Assembly: GCA_043228905.1 (NCBI GenBank) | Contig: JBHGNT010000015.1 | Span: forward strand, 1,922,001-1,986,000 | Source of the DNA: Azolla caroliniana | Lineage: Eukaryota > Plantae > Polypodiophyta | Direction of reading: 5' to 3' | Length of the DNA: 64,000 nucleotides | Shown: piece by piece, positions 13,640-26,323 of the stretch | Position numbering within the stretch: the first letter of the stretch is position 1 | Layout: each line of letters begins with the position of its first letter | Position numbers and translations under genes: made by a program | Notes under the pieces: generated by a model | What the model saw: only the letters and a program-made list of their open reading frames with translations | Told to the model about the DNA's origin: nothing | Databases searched by the model: none

Positions 13640-16234
13640 ATGGCGGCACCCATTACACTTGTAGCCTTATTAAAGAATTGTGCCAAAGAAAAAGATCCAA
13701 GTAAGGGTAATAAGATACACAATGATATTGTCAAGAGGGGTCTTCTTGAAAAGAATATATATGTTGGTAATGCATTGATCAATATGTATGCAAAATGTGG
13801 ATTGCTTGAAAAGGCACAACAAGTGTTTAATAAGTTGCCAGCTCCAGATGTTGTGTCATGGAATACACTGATCGCAGGATATGCTCAACAAAGACATATT
13901 AAGGATGCATTGTATTGGTTTGAAATAATGCAGCGGGAAGGTATCTTGCCGAATGATGTCACGTTTATTTGCATATTGAATGCTTGTGCAAGCATCAAGG
14001 GAGCTCACAAGGGCCGAGAAATTCATGCTGAGATTGTAAGAGGTCAATGGTTAGAAAAGAATAGTGTTATTGGCAATACACTGGTAGATATGTATGCTAA
14101 ATGTGGCCTTCTTGGAAAAGCCCATGAAGTGTTCAATGATCTTCCTGTGCAGAATATAGTCTCGTGGACGACATTAATTGCAGGATATGTTCAAAATGGG
14201 CATAGTGATCAAGCTCTGAACTGTTTCGATCAGATGCAACTCAAAGGCCTCATGCCCAATGCAGTGACCTTTGCATGTATACTGAAAGCTTGTGGTAGTG
14301 TAGGAGCAGGGGAAAAAGGCGAGGAGGTACATGCCCAGATCATGAGAGAAGGTATTTCAGTGAAAGATATAGTTGTTGGACATGCTTTGATAGACATGTA
14401 TGCAAAGTGTGGCTTGCTTGACGAAGCACAAGAGATTTTTAGGGAACTTCAAGCTCATGATGTTGTCTCATGGACGTCACTAATTGGGGGAAATGTTGAA
14501 AAGGGTCATGCTGAGGAAGCATTGAACTGTTTTGAACAGATGCAACGTGAGGGTGTTTCTCCCGATACTGTTGCTTTCGCATGTATTTTGAAAGCTTGTG
14601 CTAGCATCGGAGAAATTAGCAAAGGTCACGAAATACATTCTAAGATATTTATAGGAGGGTTTCTGGAGAAGGATACAATACTTGGTAATGCATTAGTAGA
14701 CCTATATGTGAAACATGGTCTCCTAAGAAAGGCACAAAAAGTGTTTGAAAAGCTGGCTATTCAGGATGCTGTCTCTTGGAATGCACTTATTGCAGGATAT
14801 TCCCAACATGGATATTGTGAGGAAGCATTGAACTATTTTGAACAGATGCGACTCCAGGGACACTATCCAAGTGCAGACACGCTTGCTTCTGTCTTTCAAT
14901 CTCACGGAACCCTAGGAGCATCTCAGAATGGACAAGATCTACATGCAGAAATCGAAAAAGATAGGTTTCTCATAAATGACATTGTTGTCAGTAATGCATT
15001 GGTAGATATGTATATGAAGTGTGGCCTTATTGGAAAAGCACAAGAAGTATTTCACAAGATTTCTGTTAAGAATGTAGTGTCATGGACCGCTCTAATTACA
15101 GGCTACACTGCACATGGGCATAATGAGGAGGCACTGAGCTGCTTTGATCAGATGGAAAATGAGGGCATCTCTCCAAATATGGTGACTATCTTCTGCATCT
15201 TGAAAGCATGTGCCATTGCCAGAGCTGTAAACAGGGGCCAAGAGATACATTCTTCGATAGTGAGAAATGGTTTGTTTGATAAAGATGTTAGCATTGGCAA
15301 CTCCTTGATATGTATGTATGCTAATTGTGGCATGTTAAACGAGGCACAATCAGTGTTCGATAATTTGCATATTCCGGATATTGATTCATCTAAAGCCTTG
15401 ATTGCAGGATATGCCAAATGTGGGTGGTTTGTAAAGGCACAAGAAGTGTTTGATAAATTGCCTGTTCGAGACGTTGTCTTGTGGAATGCACTTCTTCTTG
15501 GCTATGTACAGCATCAGCACAGTGAAGAAGTATTGAAATGTTTTGAAATGATGCAACATGAGGTGTCCTCTTTGGATATAATCACCTTTGCTTTTATGTT
15601 GAAATCTTGTGGTAATATAGGGGCAGTGGGCAAAGGCCAAGAGGTGCATGCTAAGATTGTGAAAGGTGGATTGGAAGAAGATATGATTGTTGCCAATGCA
15701 TTAGTGGATATGTATGGCAACTTTGGGATGCTCATAGAATCACAAGCAGTATTTGACAAGTTGTCTGTCAAAAACATGGTGACTTGGACTGCGCTAATTG
15801 CTGCCTATGCCCAGATCGGACAGGATGATGATGTTATCAAATTTACTGCTCAAATGATTGGAGAAGGTAATGAACCAGATGTGGTCATATTCACTATTTT
15901 GCTGAGTATGTGTAGTCATTCTGGCCTGTTGGATGAAGGTCAAATGTGCTTTGAAACTATGATTATGAATTACAGCATCATTCCAACCTTAGAACACTAT
16001 GCTTGCTTGGTTGATCTTTTTTGCCGCTCTGGCCAATTATGCAAGGCTATGGTGTTGATCCGAGAATTGCCATTTAGCACTAACCTTTCGGTTTGGCATA
16101 CTGTCCTTGGTGCTTGCCAAAAATGGGGAGATTTGAACCTTGGTAAGGTGGCCTTTGAGAATGCAATACAGCTTGATGAAAAGGATGGCACAGCTTATGT
16201 CAGTATGAGTAATCTCTATGCAGCTAAAGCTTGA
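13640..16234 (+). CDS. PLS-class pentatricopeptide repeat protein with (partial) E extension, no DYW domain; 864 aa, intronless
   Basis: Repeating P-L-S triplets (VVSWNTLIAGY / TFACILKAC / GNALVDMYAKCG) end in HYACLVDLFCRSG and E-type WHTVLGACQKWG...YVSMSNLYA. No PG box or HxE/DYW follows the stop. Confidence 0.95.
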   Translation: MAAPITLVALLKNCAKEKDPSKGNKIHNDIVKRGLLEKNIYVGNALINMYAKCGLLEKAQQVFNKLPAPDVVSWNTLIAGYAQQRHIKDALYWFEIMQREGILPNDVTFICILNACASIKGAHKGREIHAEIVRGQWLEKNSVIGNTLVDMYAKCGLLGKAHEVFNDLPVQNIVSWTTLIAGYVQNGHSDQALNCFDQMQLKGLMPNAVTFACILKACGSVGAGEKGEEVHAQIMREGISVKDIVVGHALIDMYAKCGLLDEAQEIFRELQAHDVVSWTSLIGGNVEKGHAEEALNCFEQMQREGVSPDTVAFACILKACASIGEISKGHEIHSKIFIGGFLEKDTILGNALVDLYVKHGLLRKAQKVFEKLAIQDAVSWNALIAGYSQHGYCEEALNYFEQMRLQGHYPSADTLASVFQSHGTLGASQNGQDLHAEIEKDRFLINDIVVSNALVDMYMKCGLIGKAQEVFHKISVKNVVSWTALITGYTAHGHNEEALSCFDQMENEGISPNMVTIFCILKACAIARAVNRGQEIHSSIVRNGLFDKDVSIGNSLICMYANCGMLNEAQSVFDNLHIPDIDSSKALIAGYAKCGWFVKAQEVFDKLPVRDVVLWNALLLGYVQHQHSEEVLKCFEMMQHEVSSLDIITFAFMLKSCGNIGAVGKGQEVHAKIVKGGLEEDMIVANALVDMYGNFGMLIESQAVFDKLSVKNMVTWTALIAAYAQIGQDDDVIKFTAQMIGEGNEPDVVIFTILLSMCSHSGLLDEGQMCFETMIMNYSIIPTLEHYACLVDLFCRSGQLCKAMVLIRELPFSTNLSVWHTVLGACQKWGDLNLGKVAFENAIQLDEKDGTAYVSMSNLYAAKA

Positions 16235-17883
16235 AGTCTTACAGAGCAAAACAAGAAGCAAGAACAAAACTAAGTTACATCTCATGATTATGATATCCAA
16301 TGGAACAAAAAAACTTGCTGAAACCAAGGACAGGAAAAATGTGTCAACAAGCTTGATAGACAAATCTGTCAAGGATTAGTGAGGCTGGCTTAATGGTTTG
16401 AATCCTGCCTATTAGCCATAGGAGTTGAGCTCAACTCCGAACCTGTTCCATCAGCAACAATCAGCAACTAATGTATTGTCAACAAGCTTGAAAGAAAAAT
16501 TTGCGCAGGATTGAGGTTGGCATAATGGTTTGAGTCCTCCCTACTAGCCATAGGTAACAACCTCAACTCCAGACCTGTGGCATTTGTGACAATCTATTCA
16601 CAAAGTAACGAGGATTGTATATGAAGGTGCCCTTCTTAATCACTAGTTAACACACTTCGTCTCTATTTGAAGAGTTTGTGACTAGAGCATTGGTATAGTT
16701 CGGATCGAAATGAGAGTAGCATCATAGGACTTGGTGTGGTTCCCTTCAAGACTCACATAATGGATGAATTCATGGCACAAGGCAAGGAGTCTAGGCTTGT
16801 GGACATCTCAAACTACTAAACCAATTACCATAAGCTCCAAGTATGGATGCTAGTGCAGGTGCAAGAATAATCTCAACGTTAGTGGCTTGCTGTGAGGTTA
16901 AAGATAAAAGGAGAAAAATCATACCCTTGATGTGGGAAGGGCTTAATGTTTAGAGTATTTCATAGGAAAAAACTCTAATCGACAACTGGATTGTTGTGTC
17001 ATGACCAAATTTATTGGATGTCATAAAGCCAGCGGGTTAAGTTTTTTAGACAATACATTATGTGCTAAAGCAAAATGTGAGCATAGTGGATTGTCGATGT
17101 AAGCCATAAGTTATTATAGCAATTGCTGGGTACCAATTGAATTTCAAACATGGTGCCATAGTAAAGCTTCTGCTTTGCAATATTCCAGCCATGGGTTTGG
17201 TCAAAGTCTCTAGCAATGCGTTTGATGTTGCCTTATAATTTTAGTTTGAGGTCAACCATGAGTAGTTGCCTTGATAAAATAAATGTATCGATAACATCGA
17301 ATTGACAATAGTAAGGGAGCATATACCTTAAAAATGCAATGCTAAAAGAAAACCCATACATTGCGATATTCATACTAGACTCAAATAATGCCACAAACAA
17401 TATGCCTTATATGCATCTTAGCTCTTGTGGATAGTTGGTGTGGTCTAGCATGCATCCATGCCTCAAAAGGCTAATGGAATCCCTAAGGATCATCTGTGTG
17501 CTCATAGCATGCCTTGCCCATTGATTGTGCAAGCATGTGTTTGCAACAATCGAGAAAGACATGATTGCAACATTTTATTAGACGTCCATAAGTAGGAAAT
17601 GAAACACGACGAGATTCGAAGTTGTGATTAGAAGAAACTAGCTCATCAACCTGCGGACCCCGTGTTTCTCTTTACAAGATCCACGATGCCATGCGCTTCT
17701 CTGTCTGTTGCAACACTGTTGAGTAACATCATTCGAGATGATGCATTTTGTGGGTATTATCTCCATGGCGAAAGCCAAGCAAATTGTCGAGTCCACGAGG
17801 CATATCAAATACCACCATAGATCACGTATTGGTGACTGAAATGTGTCACATGCAAATGTATCAGATACTGGTGTGGTGATTCC

Positions 17884-17938
17884 AAACCCTAAACCCTAAA
17901 CCCTAAACCCTAAACACTAAACTCTAAACCCTAAACCC
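17884..17938. repeat. Interstitial telomeric array (AAACCCT)n, ~8 units, ~200 bp upstream of the OSB start
   Basis: AAACCCT x4, AAACACT, AAACTCT, AAACCCT, AAACCC. This is the Arabidopsis-type telomere repeat and contains multiple telo-boxes (AAACCCTA). Confidence 0.92.
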
Positions 17939-18142
17939 AACATCGGAAGGTCATCAATGATCATGGTGATGGTTTTGTTGGGTGAATGTGGAGGAGAGAG
18001 GGTCCTATTTTTGTAATAACTGAAAACAAGAGGCCTATTTCTTGTACAAGACATTTCCCCGAAGTGTTTGCAGCATGAAGTTGTGAGAGAAGAGAAAAAC
18101 AGAGGAGCAGGAGCAGGAGCAGGAGGAGGAGGAGCAGAGCAC

Positions 18143-21100
18143 ATGGCCATGGCGTCCTATGCCTCCCCTCACTGTCCTTGCCACTCTTCTCCTGCCCCCT
18201 CTCCCTTCTCCATTGTGACGAAAACAGGGATCCTTCCTTCCCAACCAAGGTTCCATTCCCTTGCCTCCGCTCCTTCCTCGCCGAAGCTTCACCGTCACCA
18301 CTCGTTCCAATCGTTCAGCAGCGCTGCCAACGGCAAAAGCCCAGCCGTCTCCTGCTCATTACATGGAATAAGCGTAGGTTTCCCGAAACCAGAAGTCATC
18401 GAGTGGCAGAAAGATCTCTCCAACTCAGTGTCTCTCATCGGTACTCTTGGTAATAATGTGGTGATCAAGTACCTTGACTCTGGAAAAGTCATGGCTCATT
18501 GCATTATTAAGGTCAAGCGCTCTGGCATTTCTGCTTCCAAAGATGACAGTGTGTAAGTTACAGTTCTTCTTTAACCCTATACAATTGTGGATGTCTTTGA
18601 CTTATGCTATTCATCATGCAATAGTGTATTGATGTATATGATATTCATTTAGATATTTGATTGTTTTATGTGTGGGCATCTTGATATATGCTATTCTTTG
18701 TCGATGTCTGTTTTGCAATGATGTCTCGATACATGCTATTCAATGAAGGTATCTGTGTGAAATGTTATCTTTATAGGCTATTTACTGGCAATTTTTGTGT
18801 GCAGTGATGTCTTGATATGTGCTGTTCATTGGATATCTTTGGTAATTACTAATTATGAAGGAATTCTTGATTCATTCAATTTGTTGTAGTTCTTTGCTAA
18901 TAATGAATAATGTTTTGATATTTGCCATGCATTGTAGATGTTTATATGTAATGAATGCTATCTTGATATATGCAATCGGTTGTTGATATTTGTGTTCAAT
19001 GAATGCTGTCTTGATATATGATCCATTGTTTATGTTTCTGTGCAACGAATGATGTCTTCATATATGCTACTCATTGTAGACTTTTGTATGTAATGCTTGG
19101 CTATGTGTATGCTGTCTACTGTTGTATATGTTTCTTTGCAAATGCTTGGGGATGGCTTGATATGCTGACTCTAACCATTTCCCATTTGTTTGAAAACAAC
19201 GCATACAGTTTTTTTGTACAGTTTTGGGATGAATTAGCGGAGATTGCTGCAGCACACCTAAAGAGAGATGACCGTGTTTGTATTACGGGCTCAATATGGA
19301 TAGAGAGTTACTTGGACAGCAATGGTGAACAAAAGACCATGTGCAAGGTATGTAGGTACATAATTGGAGTTCATCTTTCCAAGATGATGATTTTAAAGCT
19401 TGACTATAATGCATTTATGCGTCATTTATTTTCGTCTTTGTGGTTATTGCTCTTTAAAATCTTATTTTTATAATATTTTGATGTAATTTTTTTTTTCTTT
19501 TGAATCTGGATCCATTGAAATTTGTATTTTTTTGTGAGTATATGTTATGAAAGCAGATTTGTGCTATACAGGTAGTAGCCAGAGATTTGAAATTTGTTGG
19601 CGATGACTATCGCAATGAGAAAGGTAGTGCCTTGAGATTCTGCATTCAAGTTCAGTATCTTTTTATTATCAACTATAGTCTGAATCTTGACTGAATTTGC
19701 AGGAGGCCAGAAGCTGAACATTAGTGAACAGTGGGAGGATTACTTTGAGAATCCAAAGAATTATTGGGATAACAGAGTAGATAAAGTTAGTTCTGTTTTC
19801 TACGTTTTTGCTTTAATCCTAGTATTTTCTGGGTTTCAGAAAATTAAGGAAATTTGTACACAAAGTAGGAGAGATTTTGGTGTCCACAAACTTCATATAT
19901 TTTTCTTGGTTTCTGTAGAGATATTTTGTTTTTTATGGAATTCATTATAAGAAATTCGTTTGGTTTTGGTTCGTGTCCCAGAGAAATCCTAAAGCTCCTG
20001 ATTTTAAGCATAAGATTGATAATACTGCACTATGGATTGATAGCAAATACACTCCAACATGGGTTAAAGATCGACTTGAGGACTTCAATATTGAACGACA
20101 AGGTGTGTATGCATTTGTGAATAATTTTAACTTGTTTTACTCAAGGTGGTTTCATATTAAAAAATTGAGTCATGTTTCTTTTGAAATGGAAAACAGTAAT
20201 ATTGGCATCTCTATTCATATTGCCTTAAGGTTCATCTTGAAAAGAATGAAGGTTTCAACGTTTTTGAAAGAAGACAAGAAGAAAAAGGTGCATCAATGTG
20301 TTTCAAAGAGAACAAAATCCACCACATTGAGAGAATTGATAATGACAATAATGATGACGTTTATATATTACACCCGAAGCCAGCCTAAATGAGCATACGG
20401 CCAAAGGACATTGCAATGCATTTTATCTATCATTTCTATTTCAGAAAAGGAATATCTAGTGACTCAGTGAGCTAAAACTGTATGTTTGAAAGCAAATTCT
20501 TACTGCTGCACTGTCCAGAACTCTCAACTATAGTTTTGTTTCATTCTCTGTAGTTAAGTATTTATTTCAGGGATACCTTGGGATATTGTTTTTGGATCAC
20601 TTTTTTATGTAATATAGTATTTGAATATACCATGGGTCACTGGCTGACCGCAGATGTACTTGAAGTTTGGTGACGAGGGAGGTTTAGTAATACAATATAA
20701 ATTGCAATAGTAAAGTGCCTTATTGTATTTTGTTGAAATATATGAAGTTTGTGACCTTCAATTTTCTGTTCTTGTTCTGACCATGTGTCAAATTTGTATG
20801 CCTGTTCAACAGATGATGGATTGGAAGTGGCCTTTACAAAAAAGGGATCTCCTGGTGCTAATGAGCCAGAAAAGTTGTGGCAAGCTTTCTTTGCCAATCC
20901 ATCTGATTGGTGGGACAATAGATATTCTAAGGTTGGTATCTCCTCCAAAGTCATTACAAAAATGTACTCATTGTCCATTGTGCACGTGCATTTGACTCGT
21001 GCAAGTTCCATGAAGTATATAAAGGGGTGATACAGCTTACAAGAGTTGGACGAAGAGAGCCCATATATTGGTTGATTTACTGCTATATTGTAGCATGAAT

Positions 21101-23277
21101 GGCATTTAAGATGCATGAGATGGTAAATGATGGTGGGTCATCATGATCAGAACTTAGAAAGTTGATTGTGTGTGTTTGTTGTCGACTTTGTAACATCTAC
21201 AAATGTACTAGATGCAATAGTCCTGGATCTCATTGTCATAGGTAGAGGCTCCACAGACGTCTGATCTCCATACATCTCTCGACTGACTTTATCATATGAG
21301 CTGAATGGGATAGGCATAGCCTCCAGGTAGTTCTTATAGCCATAAATATCTATCTTCTCTTTCTCATAGACAGGAAAGAGTACGTTACTTGATACAATAA
21401 CTAGAACTGTTTTATATCACCCTTGTTATAAGTCTGTAAGCTTAAATCCAGGTTTGCCCTCGTGTTAGTGATGTGTTTCTCCAGAGAAGCTCTCAGCAGC
21501 ATGCCTCTATAAATATTGTTGGTCAGCTCTATGAAAGCCATTCTGAGGGATTCTGAGGGAACTATGAGGAGAAACGAATCCAGAGGATCATGAATGCCAT
21601 AAGGATGGAACCAAATGGCTTTGTAATTCCATTGTCAAAACCTTCATTTATCTTCGTCAACCTCTTGGCACGGACCAATTAACATGACTGTGTTTAGTGT
21701 TGAGATTATCACCAATCAAGATAATTTATGTTATTATATATAGCTGAGAAAAATTGCACATGGGAATGGGGTTACCAATTTAGTGCACTATCATACTTTG
21801 GGTCCAGATCCGCAATGCATGCCCATTGCTCATTTAAGATGTGCCATATATGGTGTGAATTAATTAGTGAAAAGTGATAATATTCTTATCGAAAAGTTTC
21901 ATATTTGAAAGTTGATTATCCAGATTTGAAATCATTCTGTAAACACATGCCCCCCTCCTTGAAAAGTCTCTATTGATTGCTGGGCATCTTCATTATGTAT
22001 GTTTTATCCTGATTTCCATACAATGCCAGGAAGTTGTATATGCTTTGTCCTTTTTAGGTTTTACATTATTTTTAGCCATCTTATTGAAGATAATACCTGC
22101 ATGTGAAGATTACATATTAGAGAGAAGGGTAGTGTGATGAGGACAAGAGGTGTCATGGGACCCAACAGTACATAATTTTAGCCATCTTATTGAAGATGAT
22201 ACCTGCATGTGAGGATTACATATTAGAGAGAAGGGTAATGATTAGGACGAGGTGCCATGGGACCCAACAGTACAAAACAATTAAAGCCAGCTATCTTCGC
22301 TCTTATACAAGAGGACACTCTATTTAGGTTAGCTTGTTTCTATACTCTGTTATTTGTGCTAGACATGTTCCCAATCCAAACATATGGATTATTCTTTTAT
22401 TAAACTTGTTGGATAGCTTTGACGCATCCCAGAAAAGTTATGTCTGATATGGGCTTTCGTTGAATAGATTGCCATTCTTTCTCTTTACATCCAGTCATGT
22501 CCATCATCTTGTCTCAATGCGTAGTCCATGTGAGTTCGTTTGAATAAGACCTATGGCCCTTCTAGCTCATTGTGGTGTTATGTATGCAAAGCATCCTAGA
22601 TTTATTTGTGCCCAATAGTACTGAACTTAGATATTTTATAGAGTCCCATTAATATGGACTTTGCTAATACCCTTATCTCTATATCTCCAGGTATGTCCCA
22701 ACACTTCTATGCATTATAATTTGATCATTGCAGGTCGTTTTACTACATGAGTTTCTTCACCCACTATTTAGCAATAAAGATGAAGCTTCACCTTTCAATC
22801 AAGTTTCTCACCTTATTTATACGAGTCACCCAGATTATTACCATTGTTGTATTTTTGCTACAGTATTAATACAACCCCATTTTGCCTGACATCCTCTAGT
22901 TTGAGTGTGGGTTTCATCGAGTGTTCTCTATTTTAGTTTTACACTGTCTTCTTATAAAGGAAACTAGCTGTGAGGGACATTACCATAGAGTTTCATGCAT
23001 ATTACACAACGTATGATTTCCATATATGAATGTCTATTCAAATACAGCCATTTGTTTTTATTTATATGTTCAAACTTTCTGCACGCAGAAAAATCCAAAA
23101 GGTCCTGATTTCAAGCATAAACAAACCGGTGAAGCACTGTGGATTGAATCTTATTCCAGCCCAAGTTGGGTAATGTCACAACTGGATGCCTTGGATAAAA
23201 AGACCAAAAGTGCAGGTGCTTCAAAGAGCTGGAATGATAAAACCAGCTTTGATGAGGATGATCTTAGCTTCTTTTAG
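18143..23277 (+). CDS. OSB: Organellar single-stranded DNA-binding protein (OSB/PTAC9 family): transit peptide + SSB-like fold + two PDF motifs
   Basis: Exons 18143-18552, 19209-19347, 19572-19623, 19703-19785, 19982-20102, 20813-20931, 23089-23277 (GT-AG, phases consistent). Ser/Pro-rich N-terminus, then EWQKDLSNSVSLIG, FWDELAEIAAAHLK, WDNR..KRNPKAPDFKHK..ALWI and WWDNR..KKNPKGPDFKHK..ALWI. Confidence 0.92.
22070..22273. repeat. Tandem duplication ~105 bp x2 in OSB intron 6
   Basis: TTTTTAGCCATCTTATTGAAGAT...GGGACCCAACAGTAC occurs twice. Confidence 0.88.
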
Positions 23278-24480
23278 AAGGCTGATAGTAGGCAAATGAC
23301 ACAAAGGGAGGGAATCAAACAAAGTGGAATGTGTTTTTAATAGCTGAAAGGTGCAAAAGATAATTTCCTGTCATATGGAATGTCAATTGGCTTTCATTTT
23401 AGCTCCAAATTGTCATATCTTGAGAGAATTTTTTAATACATTTCAGTTATCTTTCCTTCACTCCTACCGAATGGATGCGAGATTTGGGGACATGTTCTCT
23501 TGCTGCTCAGGGATTTGTGAGAAGAAGTATATGCTGTGCCTTGTGTACTAAACAAACTGAAGGCTGTTTGCAATTTTCATTGCATAGCGGAGGATTGAAT
23601 GGTATAATCACTTTGTTTGTAAAGCTATGATCACTCAAGAGGCTTTATAAAATTTTGTATGATTTTATTGAACCTATGATAACGACCAATGGAATGTTGA
23701 GAAATTAACTTTTTTATACCTGCATTTACCTGATGGATTGCATCGGCCATTTCCCACCTCATACTCCCGTTCCAACTTAGATAATTCATTCTAATGCATG
23801 TTCCAATTTTAAGATTGGAAATGGTTTTTATTTCTACCATGTGAGGTTTTAATTTATGCACCCTTTTCATGGGACTTACATAGTCCAAACACTAGAGACA
23901 TTTGAACCGAAAGTCTCTTGGTAATATTGATTACTTATTGTCTTTGGATCATTGCTTGCACCAAACCCCAATATTGTATAATGGTTGGTAGATTTATTTT
24001 TAGTCTCCTCTCGTTAAAGCAAATAACTTCTGTTTGTGTCAAATTTTCCATACATAATTTTCAGAAATTCCTGAGAACAATCCTTTGTATTGCATACTTC
24101 ACACCTTTTGTGAATATTGGGTCTACTATTGCCCCTAGTACTGTCTCATATGGGAGGGCCTCATCCTTCATCAGTTACTTACCATTATTACACACCCATA
24201 TGAATGGTCGCTTGTAGAGTGGTTTGAGGTGGTGCCTTCTGGTGGTTAAGATCATTTTTGCATGAAGTTGTCTTTGCCATTGTTGTTCATAGTGATTGAG
24301 CATTTGTTTGATGACTAAAACTGCCTTCTCCCAGGATTTATGATTAAAAGGCCGAGCATTAGCTTGATAATTAAAATTTTGACAGTTTACAAAGCATTAC
24401 TCAACACATTATTTTATTATCGGTTTTATGATTAATTTGTAAGTAAACAGAAACCAGATATTGGTGCTATTGTTTCACGA

Positions 24481-25245
24481 GCAATTGTTCAGGGGGGGAA
24501 GTGACTCCTTGCAAATGCTAGCTGGTTATAGGATTCATGATTAGCTTTTGGCTGGAAAAATATTAATTTGTTGATTTCAAGTATTTACATTGTTTAGTGT
24601 ATAACTTGTATTTCATTTTTACTATTTCATTTCATTCACAGAACTTCCTGGAAAAAGCAGTAAGTGCCTCTTGTATCCTAGAGCCTACATTACAAGGACA
24701 GATGCATCTGTAGACAAGCAATTGTTCAGGGGGGGCAGTGACTCCTTGCAAATGCTAGCTGGTTATAGGATTCATGATTAGCTTTTGGCTGGAAAAATAT
24801 TAATTTGTTGATTTCAAGTATTTACATTGTTTAGTGTATAACTTGTATTTCATTTTCACTATTTCATTCCATTCACAGAACTTCCTGGAAAAAGCAGTAA
24901 GTGCCTCTTGTATCCTAGAGCCTACATTACAAGGACAGATACATCTGTAGACACCCCGATACCTCCACATTTGTTCACTATTGATCTCTCCCATGAAACT
25001 TGTATTTCATTTCACTATTTCATTCCATTCACAAAGCTTCCTGGAAAATGCAGTAAGTACCATGAAACTTGTATTTCATTTTCATGATTTCGTTCCAGTT
25101 TTTCACGATTAATCTCTCCCATTAAAATTGTATTTCGTTTTCACTATTTCATTCCATTCACAAAAACTTCCTCGAAAATGCAGGAAGTGCCTCTTGTATC
25201 CTAAAACCTACATTACAAGGACAGATGCATCTGTAGACACCCCAA
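24481..25245. repeat. Tandem duplication 237 bp x2 followed by partial/rearranged further copies
   Basis: GCAATTGTTCAGGGGGG... at 24481 and 24718. Sub-blocks (ACTTGTATTTCATTT..., GTGCCTCTTGTATCCTA...) recur up to ~25245. Confidence 0.9.
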
Positions 25246-26291
25246 GACCTCTACATTTTTTTAAGATAACTCTCTGATGTAATCACCAGCTTGCCATGTT
25301 CAAAACCTGAAAAACTAATAACATACTATTAACAATCATACAAGGTTTTATAAACAATGACAATACAAGCCATCGTTCTACCAAGTGATATCATCAACTA
25401 AAACAGATTATAGTTGCCACCATCATATGTACAACTGAATATTTACAAAAAAAATCTTCATTCCTCCAAGATCAATTGTAGAGTGTTGTATGCCCAGAAT
25501 TGTTCCATTGAACCTCCTTTCCTTTCACTTTCTACCTGACTATATCATATTACTCACTGAGACATCGAACACCATACATTATCTGAGAGAGAGAAGAGAA
25601 AATAGAGCAAGTTGATGTGTGTAAACTAACAACAAAAGGAAATCAAATAAGAAAACGAAGAATGGCCTTGAGCAAAAATAGATAGCCTAACTCTCTCCTT
25701 GATGGATCAATTTCTAGTGCAAACTAACAACAAAAGGCAATCATATAAGAAAAGCAAAAAGGGCCTTAAGCAAAATTAGATAGCCTAACTCTCTCCTTGA
25801 TGGATCTATTTCTAGTGCGCAAATTAACAACTAAAGGAACTCATATAAGAAAAAACAAGAAGAGCCTTAAGACATGATCACATTACAACACCATTAGCAA
25901 GGGAGCACAAAAAGAATGATCCTACTATGTGATTATTGACCTGGATTTAACATTTAATATAGTCCACCATTCCTCCGGGAGCGTGTGTTTCGCCTTGTTC
26001 GATGACCACCGCAACATAGGTATGCTAAGCAAATGCACACGGCACTCAGCCAGAACGCGACCCCTCTCATAGTCACACTGTTATTCTACCAGACTTCTGA
26101 AAGAAACAACAATAAATCCGTCTCTCACTCACTGTCTCTTCTCTCCCTCCTTACATACACCTGTATGCACACCATAAGCATGAATCCATGTGCTACTTGC
26201 AAAATCTTTCTAATGCATGCACAATACATATACACAAGAGGGGATTCCCATGTCCTGATTCATGGAGACTAATCTCTTTCTCTTTCTCTCA

Positions 26292-26323
<32 letters not shown>

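Noticed and set aside
16600-17880. Possible LINE or gene remnant between PPR and OSB
   Set aside because: Only isolated weak motifs (e.g. TIDHVL) amid many stops. Cannot be supported without a search.
17933-17947. Possible telomerase RNA locus (template-like CTAAACCCT plus USE-like CCCAACATCGG)
   Set aside because: The template-like sequence is a multi-unit array, the USE match is imperfect and on the wrong side, and there is no correctly spaced TATA. A telomeric array explains it better.
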